Assembly: GCA_009780955.1 (NCBI GenBank)
Contig: WQZB01000008.1
Coordinates: forward strand, 13,368-77,367
From: Polyangiaceae bacterium
GTDB taxonomy: Bacteria; Myxococcota_A; Polyangia; Polyangiales; Polyangiaceae
Direction of reading: 5' to 3'
DNA length: 64,000 nucleotides
Shown here: in pieces, positions 39,092 to 48,016 of the stretch
Numbering within the stretch: the first letter of the stretch is position 1
Layout of the letters: each line of letters opens with the position of its first letter
Program-made: the position numbers and the translations under genes
Notes under the pieces: generated by a model
Databases searched by the model: none
Told to the model about the DNA's origin: nothing
Seen by the model: only the letters and a program-made list of their open reading frames with translations

Positions 39092-41254
39092 TCAGTGCGT
39101 GGATTTTCCTTGCGTCTCGCGCAGGTGGAACAAGCGGTGCTTGTCCAAGGTGGTCGCGAAACCATCAGGCACAACGAACGTGGTCGCGTCCGATTCGATG
39201 ATGGCGGGGCCGAAGATCTCGTTGCCAGGTTTGAGCGCCTCCATTTTCCAAATCACTGCATCAAGCCATTTCTTATGGCGGTAGAACTTACGGGTACCGA
39301 GGTGCGCCTCGGCGGGTGGAGTGGGGCCGCCGTCTGGGTCTTCGGGCAGCACCGGTTTTTGCGTGGCGACGGTGCCGCGCATGATGACGCCGGTGACGGA
39401 GAACCCGAGTTCCGGCGAACGCGCGGCGCTTGCATAAACTCGGGCATACGTGGCTTCAAAAGCGTCGGCCATCGCGTCCCAATCACCTTCGCTGGCCGCC
39501 CGATGAATCGGAGAGATGATTTCGAGGTCGTTCAGCTGACCCATGTATTGCATGCGGAAACCAGGGCGCAGGATGACGTCTTTGGCTTCGAAGCCATTGA
39601 TGCGGAATTCCTCGACCACCTTGGCAGTCAGTTCTTCCCATGCCTGCTGAATGGCGCGCGCGGCTTTGCGCTTGTCGTCCGGCGAGCTGTTTTGCGGCAC
39701 CGCCAAGTCGACCGATTTGTCGTAGCGGTATTCGAAGTCGGCGCAGGCGCAACCAAAAGCCGAAAAGCCTGCCGCCCACGCGGGAACCACCACGTCTTTG
39801 AAGCCCAGGCCTGCCGTGTAGCCGTACGTATGTACCGGCCCGGCACCGCCGTAAGAGAAACACACGAAATCGGTCGGACTGTAGCCTTTGGCCGCTACAT
39901 TCGAGCGTAGATATTCGTGCAAGTGCAAATCAAGCAATTCGATCACACCCGCCGCGGCGTCTTCCACGCTCAACCCCATGGGTTCGGCCACTTGCTGCTG
40001 AATATGCCTACGGGCGCGCTCCACATCGAGCTTGATGTGGCCGCCAAGGAAGTTATCGGGATTCAAATAACCCAACACCACATGGCAGTCGGATACAGTT
40101 ACGGTATCAAGACCACTTTCCGGCCAGCACGTACCCACGCGGTAGCCAGCGGAATCCGGCCCAAGTTTGATGGCATTGCTGTACGGGTCGATACGCACGA
40201 AACTGCCCGCGCCCGCGCCCACGGAGTCCATCGTCACCAGCGGCAACGACAGCACTAGGCGCGCCATGTTCGGGTCCGATGCAATGGCAAAACTGCCTTT
40301 CGTAATGAGGGCCATGTCGAACGAGGTGCCGCCAATGTCGCTGCACGCGATGTTGTCGTAGCCAAGCGCTTCGCCGAGAAGCTTGGAGCCGATCACGCCG
40401 CCGATCGGGCCCGAAACGATCGTGCGCGCCAACTCCGACGCCTTCCATGAAATGGTACCGCCGTGCGTGGCCATCACCCGCAGGTCGAACTTGCCGCCAT
40501 GCTTCTTGAAACGATCGCTCACCTTCTTGAGCGTTTGGCGTGACGGTTCCGCCGCATAGGCCTCCAAGATGGTGGTGTTCATGCGGTGGCTTTCCTTGCG
40601 CGCCGGGTAGTAATCGACCGAGGCGAACACGGGCAGATCCTGGTCAAGCTTCTGCAGCTCGCTCTTCGTGATGTCGCGCACCTTGCGCTCGCTCGCGCCG
40701 TTTTTGTGCGACTGAAGCAGGCAGATCACGATCGCTTTGGCTCCGGCGCCTACAAGCTCGCGCACGGCCTCCCGCACTTCGGCTTCGCGCACCGGAATCA
40801 CCACTTGGCCTTGGACGTCGGTGCGCTCGGTCACACCGCGGATGCGCTGCAAGGGCACCAGCGGATCGTCGTACTTATGAGCGTTCAGGTGGATGCGCTC
40901 CTCGAGCGCATAGCCAAGATAGCTTTGCACCGCCCGACCCATTCCGTGCACGTGTTCAAAGCCTTTGTTGCAGAGCAGGCCGACATCGAGTCCTTTGCGC
41001 TGCAGCACACGGTTGAGCATGGCGGTACCGCTGTAAACGCAGGTAACGAGCTCGGGATAAACGCCGTCCACGTCGCGCTGCCAATGCGCCAGCGCGTCTT
41101 GCGAAGAATTGTAGATGGCTAACGATTCGTCGTCAGGATTGCTTTGCGCTTTGCCGACGACGAAACGCCCGTCTTCGCGGACGAAAAAGGTATCGGTCAT
41201 GGTGCCTCCTGCATCGATGCCGAGCACTTGCACCTTCGATTGGGTTGTTTGCAC
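39092..41254 (-). CDS. acxA: Acetone carboxylase beta subunit (hydantoinase A fold)
   Basis: GIDAGGTMTDTF, SGTAMLNR, TIVSGPIGGV, DIGGTSFD, SVGAGAGS, YGGAGP; GTG start behind AGGAGG. Confidence 0.95.
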   Translation of the reverse strand: MQTTQSKVQVLGIDAGGTMTDTFFVREDGRFVVGKAQSNPDDESLAIYNSSQDALAHWQRDVDGVYPELVTCVYSGTAMLNRVLQRKGLDVGLLCNKGFEHVHGMGRAVQSYLGYALEERIHLNAHKYDDPLVPLQRIRGVTERTDVQGQVVIPVREAEVREAVRELVGAGAKAIVICLLQSHKNGASERKVRDITKSELQKLDQDLPVFASVDYYPARKESHRMNTTILEAYAAEPSRQTLKKVSDRFKKHGGKFDLRVMATHGGTISWKASELARTIVSGPIGGVIGSKLLGEALGYDNIACSDIGGTSFDMALITKGSFAIASDPNMARLVLSLPLVTMDSVGAGAGSFVRIDPYSNAIKLGPDSAGYRVGTCWPESGLDTVTVSDCHVVLGYLNPDNFLGGHIKLDVERARRHIQQQVAEPMGLSVEDAAAGVIELLDLHLHEYLRSNVAAKGYSPTDFVCFSYGGAGPVHTYGYTAGLGFKDVVVPAWAAGFSAFGCACADFEYRYDKSVDLAVPQNSSPDDKRKAARAIQQAWEELTAKVVEEFRINGFEAKDVILRPGFRMQYMGQLNDLEIISPIHRAASEGDWDAMADAFEATYARVYASAARSPELGFSVTGVIMRGTVATQKPVLPEDPDGGPTPPAEAHLGTRKFYRHKKWLDAVIWKMEALKPGNEIFGPAIIESDATTFVVPDGFATTLDKHRLFHLRETQGKSTH

Positions 41255-41627
41255 GGAAATGCCTCCTACGAATCTATCTGTAAAAATCAATCAGCACGAC
41301 ATTCGAAAATATTGATTATCAAGAAAACGAATGAGGCACGGACCGTAAGGCCATGGCGATTCCGAGGTAAAGTAGGAAGGTGGATGACGCACCGCGACGG
41401 CGACCCTGCGGAGAGAAAAGAAAGCGAAAGAAGCGGCCTACTCGGCCGTGCCTCAAATGCGTCTCACAATGCAAGTCACACTCGTTGGTCAAGGCTTCGT
41501 TGTTTCATGAGCACCTTTTTGATTTCATAATCTAGCCCAGACGATTCATTGCGCGATTGCGAAATACATGAATTTCTTGACGGATGCATCGGCAGCCCCA
41601 TCAAAGTGTATAATACACATAAATCGC

Positions 41628-41723
41628 GTAGGGGCACCATTCATGGCGTCCGACCGCGGCATTTTGGAATCCGCACCATTGGCCGATTCCGAGGGCGCGA
41701 TGAATCGTATTCGGCGGGCTACG
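41628..41723 (+). repeat. Degenerate REP doublet (right flank of the acx operon)
   Basis: GTAGGGGCACCATTCATGGCGTCCGACCGCGGCATTT...GAGGGCGCGATGAATCG...GGGCTAC. Confidence 0.8.
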
Positions 41724-43023
41724 ACCCCATCACGACAACGCGCCCCTCACCAGCAAATGCGATGAGACCACGCTGCCCGCACGGAGCCTCGCTTGGTCCG
41801 AGCGCGCGCGCAACGAGCCTACCAAACCACCAGAGCACGGCTTCGCGCCGAACGCTGACGCCACGACTTGGTACCACGTCGACCGAAAGCACTTCGCCGC
41901 GGGTTTCGACAAGGACGGCGCCGCTGCCACGGAGCTGCACGATTGCCCAGGATTCGCCTCCGCCCGTTGCGATACGACCATTTTCGGACGTAAGGCGACA
42001 ATCCCATCCAACAAGAACGTCGTCGCGCACGAAGCAAAGCTCGTCGCGAAGCACGAAAGGCATGAGTTTGTAGCCTTGGCGTGCGACAAGTGCGAGTTCG
42101 CCGTCGCCCATCACATGAACGATGGGGCCGCCCTCGAAAAGCTCGCTCGCTTCCTTTTCCTTGCCTTGCGCTTGGTCAAGCTTCTTGACGGCAAGCCCGC
42201 TCGTCACCGCGCGGATGGCGTTGAGGCGGACAGCAAAGCCAGGAGCGTCTGCGCGCACAATGGCAGCACCCGAAGCATGAACGGACACGTCAAGCGGCCT
42301 ACTCATCGGGGCGCCAGCGTACAACGGAGGCGCGCCCAGAAACAGACTCGTTGCGAAAACCCATACCGTGTGAGCGCTCCAGGCCATCCAAACCCCTCGG
42401 TCGTGGACCCAAAGTGCGCCGAACCCAAGGCCGAGAACGCAATTGAAGAGGACAGACGGCAACGTGGCGTCGGAGGCGCCGACAGCCGCGATGGCCCCAA
42501 TGGCGCCACATGCAAGCACTTTCCCCAAGGCCGAAATGCGTGCACTTTGCAATGCGCGCAAAACAACACCTCGGAGCAAGAACTCGGCCCGAACGGCTTC
42601 AAGCCCGCTCGTTGCCAGGGTCAAGGCAACCGCTGCGACCGTTGGTTTCTCACGCACAAGGATCGTGGCGCGACCAACGACGAGAAAGCCAACAGCAAGC
42701 ATGGCAGCGCCCGCACCGAATGCCGCGCCGATCGCAATCCGCCGCCATGGCTTTGCTGCATGAGGAAACCTTTTGGCATGCGAAGGGCTCGTCCACAAAA
42801 TGCCCATGCGCGCCCCTGCCCACTCCGCGATGACAGCTTGCGCCATGGCCGATGCGAGCGATGCGCTCTCTAGCAGCATGCCGGCAAGGTGCGTGGCCGC
42901 ATAAGCAACAAGGCCCCACGCGACAACGGCCCATTGCGTAAGCGTGCTACGCGCCGGAGGCTCTTTTTCTTCTTGCGAGTGCTGATTGTGAACGCGGACG
43001 TGTTTTGCTGCGCGTCGAGACAT
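41719..43023 (-). CDS. Degenerate CPBP/Abi-like membrane domain read in frame into an AIM24-like domain
   Basis: Multi-TM N-half with AEFLLRG and AWSAHTVW; from Met 42306 a beta-rich half with VQLRGSGAVLV and FAGEGRVVV. Confidence 0.65.
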   Translation of the reverse strand: MSRRAAKHVRVHNQHSQEEKEPPARSTLTQWAVVAWGLVAYAATHLAGMLLESASLASAMAQAVIAEWAGARMGILWTSPSHAKRFPHAAKPWRRIAIGAAFGAGAAMLAVGFLVVGRATILVREKPTVAAVALTLATSGLEAVRAEFLLRGVVLRALQSARISALGKVLACGAIGAIAAVGASDATLPSVLFNCVLGLGFGALWVHDRGVWMAWSAHTVWVFATSLFLGAPPLYAGAPMSRPLDVSVHASGAAIVRADAPGFAVRLNAIRAVTSGLAVKKLDQAQGKEKEASELFEGGPIVHVMGDGELALVARQGYKLMPFVLRDELCFVRDDVLVGWDCRLTSENGRIATGGGESWAIVQLRGSGAVLVETRGEVLSVDVVPSRGVSVRREAVLWWFGRLVARALGPSEAPCGQRGLIAFAGEGRVVVMGS

Positions 43024-43535
43024 CACCCGAGCGTGAAAAGCCTGCCGCTGGCCTCGATGGTTGCGCCTTCGGCCACGTGGACTTCGAGCACGGTGCACGC
43101 GGCTTTTGCCTTGACCTCGTTTTCCATTTTCATGGCTTCCACGACGCAAAGGGTTTGCCCGGGCGTGACTTGATCCTTCGGCGCCACAAGAACGCGGACG
43201 ATGCGCCCGGCCATTGGCGTTTTGATGATCTTGTCGCCACCGCTGGTTGAGCCCTTTTTCGCGGCAGCCGCGGCGCGCTGGCGCTCGGACTCAACGCGCA
43301 CGTACGAGCGCTGACCGCTTGCAATGGCGCCAAGTTCTGGTGGGGCCCCTTCGGTTGTGAGATCGACAATGCGATTGCCGACGCGAACCGAAAGCGTTGC
43401 GTCGAGGGCCACGACGTCGACAGGCACTGCCTTTTCACCGACATGCACGGCGAGCTCACCAGAAGGGAGCTCGGTAACGTCGACGATGGTTGGGGAAGTG
43501 CCGGGAGCTGGGTCAAGATTCACGTAATAGCGCAT
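43023..43535 (-). CDS. Biotin carboxyl carrier (biotin/lipoyl attachment) protein
   Basis: TPMAGRIVRVLV..GQTLCVVEAMKMENEVKA biotinylation motif. Confidence 0.93.
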   Translation of the reverse strand: MRYYVNLDPAPGTSPTIVDVTELPSGELAVHVGEKAVPVDVVALDATLSVRVGNRIVDLTTEGAPPELGAIASGQRSYVRVESERQRAAAAAKKGSTSGGDKIIKTPMAGRIVRVLVAPKDQVTPGQTLCVVEAMKMENEVKAKAACTVLEVHVAEGATIEASGRLFTLG

Positions 43536-43826
43536 GCTCGAGTACTGAGATTCCGACGAATTTGGGTAGTCGTCAAGCGCCGCACTCTTCTACGCGAACG
43601 TAGGCCCACGAGTCGCGTTGTCATGACGTGCGATTCAGGCACGTTTCGCGTGGCATGATGCGACCACGTCAGGTGCGCTGCGCCCTTGCGACACGACCCG
43701 TGCGCGCGCGGAGCGGCGGCGAATCGAATGTGAAATCTTGAAATGAGCAAGTGTTTCCCGTGCACTCTGCACAAGTGGCGAGGCTCTTGCTTTGGCACGG
43801 TGGCGAGAGCGAGAGAGAGGAACATC

Positions 43827-44318
43827 ATGCCGAGGACACCGACGACGACCGGGCGCGCAAAGAAGGAGCAAGCCACAACCGCTGCGCGCGCTCCCCACGC
43901 CGAAACGCGCGATCGAAAACATTCACGACAGGTGCAACAGGTTCGGGGCAGTGCCAACACTGCCAGCGCCAAGAAAGAGCCCGCGGGCAAGCGCGCAAAG
44001 GCCGCACCGACGACTAGTAATTCGCGCGCCAAAAGGCGCGCTGCATCGAAACGTCCTCGCAGAGCGGCCGCGGCGCGCGCCCGAGCATCCGGCACGATGA
44101 TCCCAAAAGCTACCTTAGCGCCGCGCACGACGACTCGCCCGGCAAAGCGTGGTCAGGCTCGCAGTAACCCGCGTCGCAGGACCGTAACAAAAACGATGTC
44201 GCGCACCGTGGCACGCACAACGCCGCACAAGAGCAATGCATCTCGCCGACAAGTCCAACGGACGACAACGCGGCGCCGTCAATCCACCCGCCAACGAAGT
44301 ACCAACAATCCGGCTTGA
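43827..44318 (+). CDS. Small, extremely basic protamine/histone-like protein
   Basis: 163 aa, R/K/T/A/S-rich, only 4 acidic residues, no aromatics; GAGAGG RBS; fills an otherwise empty gap. Confidence 0.65.
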   Translation: MPRTPTTTGRAKKEQATTAARAPHAETRDRKHSRQVQQVRGSANTASAKKEPAGKRAKAAPTTSNSRAKRRAASKRPRRAAAARARASGTMIPKATLAPRTTTRPAKRGQARSNPRRRTVTKTMSRTVARTTPHKSNASRRQVQRTTTRRRQSTRQRSTNNPA

Positions 44319-44322
44319 TCGC

Positions 44323-45438
44323 CTAAAAAATGCCGTCGACTACGGCGCCGCTACTGCCCGCGCCAACAGTTGGAAGCACACGCGTGCGCCCGGTCAATAG
44401 CGGCAAAGACTTCTCGTTCGATCGATCGCCCGTGAGAAGCAGGTAGAGACCCGCGCCCACGCCGACCGCACCAAGCGCGCCAGCCGCGATGGCGATGGTC
44501 GAGGCTTGCTTGGAGCGCTTGTCGATCGTGCAAAACTCAGGATCACTATTGGGTGCGCATGGCTTGGTCCCAGCAGCAACGCCTTCGGCCCTGTCTCGGC
44601 CGCGATTCTGCAACGACGAGTAAAGGAGCGCCTGCTCTACAGCCACGCCACCAAGAATGACGCCCGCACCAATCGTGGCACCGCCAATTACCTTGCGCGT
44701 GAGAAAAGGCGAGGTCGAGTTGTGCAAGGTTGGCAAGTCGACGAGACTCTCTTTGCCAGCACTGACGAGCACGTTGCGCTTTGTCGTTGGAACGCCCGGG
44801 GCAACGATTTCGACCGAGTGGCTGCCCGCCGCTAGCTGGGCGCGCGCAGTGCCGGCACGCAGGGGAATACGCTTGTCGCCGTCGAGAACGATTTCACCGT
44901 TTAGCTTTCCGGCGCGCACGACCACCGTGCCGATGACCGATGCGCTCAAACGATCGACGATGTGCGCGGCGACTTTGCGGAGCGTGTCGTCGTTGGCATC
45001 TTTGAGGTTTTCGGCGTAACTCTCTTTGATAACCGTGTCGTCCTTGTCCTTCTGATAGAGATGGATTTCGGCAATCACTTCGCCAGGCGACGGCCCCTTT
45101 GATACGAAACCCCAGATGTAACGGTCGGCTCGTATCTGTTCGCTGATCTTCTGCTGGCAGTCCGCGGGGGGCCGCGGCGGGCACTTGAGCGCTGCGGTGA
45201 GCATACCGAGCGAACGCGCCGTTTCGAGCAGCGACCATCCTTCTGCCGCGCGAACACGCGAACGCATGGCTCCGGAAAGCGCGATGGCCTGCTCGTCGGC
45301 ATCTTCGCTATCGAACCCGAGAACTGCCACAGTTACAGTGTGGGGCCCCTGGTCGGCGCGGGCCTGGCGTGGCACGCAGAGCACGCAAAGCAAGGGAAGC
45401 GTGAGAGCAAGGGCAAAAGCGAGCCAGGAACGCAGCAT
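44323..45438 (-). CDS. Myxobacterial membrane protein (probable PEGA-like domain, C-terminal TMs)
   Basis: Signal peptide; GEIVLDG..GSHSVEIV segment; two C-terminal hydrophobic helices. Confidence 0.7.
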   Translation of the reverse strand: MLRSWLAFALALTLPLLCVLCVPRQARADQGPHTVTVAVLGFDSEDADEQAIALSGAMRSRVRAAEGWSLLETARSLGMLTAALKCPPRPPADCQQKISEQIRADRYIWGFVSKGPSPGEVIAEIHLYQKDKDDTVIKESYAENLKDANDDTLRKVAAHIVDRLSASVIGTVVVRAGKLNGEIVLDGDKRIPLRAGTARAQLAAGSHSVEIVAPGVPTTKRNVLVSAGKESLVDLPTLHNSTSPFLTRKVIGGATIGAGVILGGVAVEQALLYSSLQNRGRDRAEGVAAGTKPCAPNSDPEFCTIDKRSKQASTIAIAAGALGAVGVGAGLYLLLTGDRSNEKSLPLLTGRTRVLPTVGAGSSGAVVDGIF

Positions 45439-45494
45439 CACCCAAGAGCGTATCGCGCTTTCACCCACCGAATCAAAGGGCTACCCTCAGACCC

Positions 45495-46082
45495 GTGCGC
45501 ATCACGGGCGGAATGTGGCGTTCCCGCTCCATCAAAGCCCCAAAGGGCCGAACGACCAGACCCACATCCGACCGTGTGCGCGAAGCGCTTTTTTCGATGC
45601 TTGAAGCCGACGCTCACCTTGGCGGCCGCAGCGAAGGCGAGCGCGTTCTCGATCTTTATGCTGGAAGCGGGGCTTTGGCGTTCGAGGCTCTTTCACGCGG
45701 CGCAAAAAGTGCGGTCTTGGTCGAACAAGCCCGCGATGCGCTCGCCACGATTCGCGACAATGCGCGCTCACTCGGGACAGAGGGACGCATCACCATTGTG
45801 CATGGGCGCGTCGAGCACGCGGTCATAGCCGTGGCAGGACCCTTCGATGTCATCGTTGCTGACCCTCCCTACGCGCACATCCATACGTTGTCGTTTCAAG
45901 CGGTTCTCGAAGCCACGCCCAAGCTTCTCGCAGCTTCGGGTGCGTTCGTTCTCGAGCACGCGTCGAGCGACCAAGCACCTGCCGTTGCGAGGCTCACGCT
46001 CGATCGCAGCCGACGCTACGGTGACACGACCCTCTCGGTGTACCGTCACGCCGGCGAATGCGTCTCGAGACCGCCTTTATGA
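45495..46082 (+). CDS. rsmD: 16S rRNA m2G966 methyltransferase
   Basis: MRITGG, TRPTSDRVREALF, DLYAGSGAL, EALSRGA, DPPY, RYGDT. Confidence 0.95.
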   Translation: MRITGGMWRSRSIKAPKGRTTRPTSDRVREALFSMLEADAHLGGRSEGERVLDLYAGSGALAFEALSRGAKSAVLVEQARDALATIRDNARSLGTEGRITIVHGRVEHAVIAVAGPFDVIVADPPYAHIHTLSFQAVLEATPKLLAASGAFVLEHASSDQAPAVARLTLDRSRRYGDTTLSVYRHAGECVSRPPL

Positions 46083-46885
46083 CGAGTCCGCGTCAATATC
46101 GTGGCGTGCTGCTCACCGTTGCCTACGAAGGAACGGCCTTCTCGGGCTGGGCGTCGCAAAAAAGTGCACGCACCGTGCGCACCGTCGAAGATGTGCTCCG
46201 CGGCGCAATCCAGTCGCTCGATCGAAATGCCCGAGGGCCTCGCGGCGCCAGTCGCACCGATGCCGGCGTCCACGCGCAAGGCCAACTTGCTGCATTCGAC
46301 ACGACCCTCGAGCTGCCGGCTCGCGGCTGGGTTCTCGCGCTAAACCAGCACATGCCTGACGACGCGTGCATTCGCGCCGCGCGAATCGTGTCCGCAGGGT
46401 ATAACCCGCGCTTGATGAGCCGAATGAAGCGCTATCGCTATTCGCTTGTCTTCGACAAAGTGCGCGATCCTAGCCTACGCCACAGTCATTGGCGCATTGG
46501 GTACGAGGTGGACATCGAGGCGATGACTCGCGAAGCCTCGGCCATCGTTGGCACGCACGATTTCGCTGCATTCCGCGCGGCTGGCGACACGCGCGCGACA
46601 ACGACACGCACCCTCATGGCGGTCACGGTCGCCCCGTCGCCGTCCGACTCGCGTGTGTGGACGATCGCGTACGAGGGCACGGCATTTCTCTACAACATGG
46701 TGCGCATCCTCACCGGCACGCTCGTCGACGTTGGGCGCGGGCACCTGCCCAAGGGTACGATCGCGCGCGCCTTGCACGGGAAAAATCGTGCGCTTGCCGG
46801 GCAAACGGCACCGGCGCACGGCCTGGTTCTCGAACACATCGACGTGGATCTGCCCGGGCAAGTCGGCGAGTCATGGCCGCCGTGA
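46079..46885 (+). CDS. truA: tRNA pseudouridine(38-40) synthase
   Basis: AYEGTAFSGW, ASRTDAGVHA, GTHDFAAF, FLYNMVR, TAPAHGLVL. Confidence 0.96.
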   Translation: MTSPRQYRGVLLTVAYEGTAFSGWASQKSARTVRTVEDVLRGAIQSLDRNARGPRGASRTDAGVHAQGQLAAFDTTLELPARGWVLALNQHMPDDACIRAARIVSAGYNPRLMSRMKRYRYSLVFDKVRDPSLRHSHWRIGYEVDIEAMTREASAIVGTHDFAAFRAAGDTRATTTRTLMAVTVAPSPSDSRVWTIAYEGTAFLYNMVRILTGTLVDVGRGHLPKGTIARALHGKNRALAGQTAPAHGLVLEHIDVDLPGQVGESWPP

Positions 46886-47910
46886 GCAAGTTTGCAAGCG
46901 TCGTGGTGCGCGCGGCCAACCCAAGCGAAGGGCCGGCCGTTGCGGGGCTTTGGCGCGAGCTGTGGGACATTCACGAAACTTGGGGCGGCTACATCGGCAG
47001 TCGCGATCCGCGTGTTTACGAACAGCTCGCCGAGCGCCTGTCCAACGATTTTCGCACCCGATCGGGCCAACCGGTGCTTGGTCGTCACGTGCATCTCGTT
47101 GCCGCAACATCCGAAGGGATCATTGGTCAGGTCGAGGGCTGGTTCGATCGGCATGGCGTCGACGAAACCACGCCGTACACGTGCGAGGTCCGCTCGCTCA
47201 TCGTCTCGTCGCGCGCCCGCACGCGAGGCGCTGGCCGCGCCCTCTTGCGAGAGCTCGGTCGCTTTGCCCTTCAGATGAGCCGAGGCAGCGCCGTGGTGAT
47301 GGCCGCCGAAGTCCTTGAACCGAACCCGGCACATACTTTCTACGCGAAAGCTGGCTACGTGCCTGTCTCGTGGGCCGCGCGCGTCAGCACGGCAAGCGCA
47401 CGCGATGTGCCCCCGACCGGTCCGTACGTAGCTCGCAGAGCCTTACCAGCCGATGCCCTGTCCATTGCGTTTCTCGATCCAACGCTCGCAGCACGCCGAA
47501 GATTGCAGGGCGACGTTCGCTTCGACCGCCCACGCGCCGTCGACGCGACCTTCGTTGGCGCGCTCGCCTCGCACTTGGCCCGACCGCGAGGCTCTCAAGA
47601 CCCATACGACATCGTAGTCGTTGACCAGAAGATGCGTGTGCGCGCCAACGCAACCCTCTTGACAATGTCGCTCGATCCGCCTTTTTTGCCAACTCGCCGT
47701 GCGTTACTCGGACGCTTTGCACTCGACCCAGCACTCCCTGCCCCGCTGCTCGTCGCTCCCCTCATCCGCTTCGCACGGCGCGTAGCCAGCGCACGCGGGG
47801 CTTGCATGTTGGAGCTGGTCGATCTCGATCCGCCAGGCAATCCACTCTACGAGGCGATGCGCCTCGCAGGCGGCGTGCCGTGGTCGCGCCTCGTCGAACG
47901 CTATGCCTAA
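46873..47910 (+). CDS. GNAT-family acetyltransferase (probably two domains)
   Basis: VRSLIVSSRARTRGAGRALL acetyl-CoA motif A; N..AHTFYAKAGY. Confidence 0.75.
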   Translation: MAAVSKFASVVVRAANPSEGPAVAGLWRELWDIHETWGGYIGSRDPRVYEQLAERLSNDFRTRSGQPVLGRHVHLVAATSEGIIGQVEGWFDRHGVDETTPYTCEVRSLIVSSRARTRGAGRALLRELGRFALQMSRGSAVVMAAEVLEPNPAHTFYAKAGYVPVSWAARVSTASARDVPPTGPYVARRALPADALSIAFLDPTLAARRRLQGDVRFDRPRAVDATFVGALASHLARPRGSQDPYDIVVVDQKMRVRANATLLTMSLDPPFLPTRRALLGRFALDPALPAPLLVAPLIRFARRVASARGACMLELVDLDPPGNPLYEAMRLAGGVPWSRLVERYA

Positions 47911-48016
47911 AAGGGCGTGCTCTCGAGAAAGTCGTCTGTAACCTGGCAAGGCACTTTCGAGAGGTCTAGAATTTTTGTTTCATCTTGCCGCGTCTTGTCG
48001 CGCCATTGGGTGGTTT

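Noticed and set aside
41290-41620. Possible sigma54 promoter for acxABC
   Set aside because: No correctly spaced GG-N10-GC (-24/-12) match found on the minus strand. The TGGCACG at about 43794 also lacks the -12 element.
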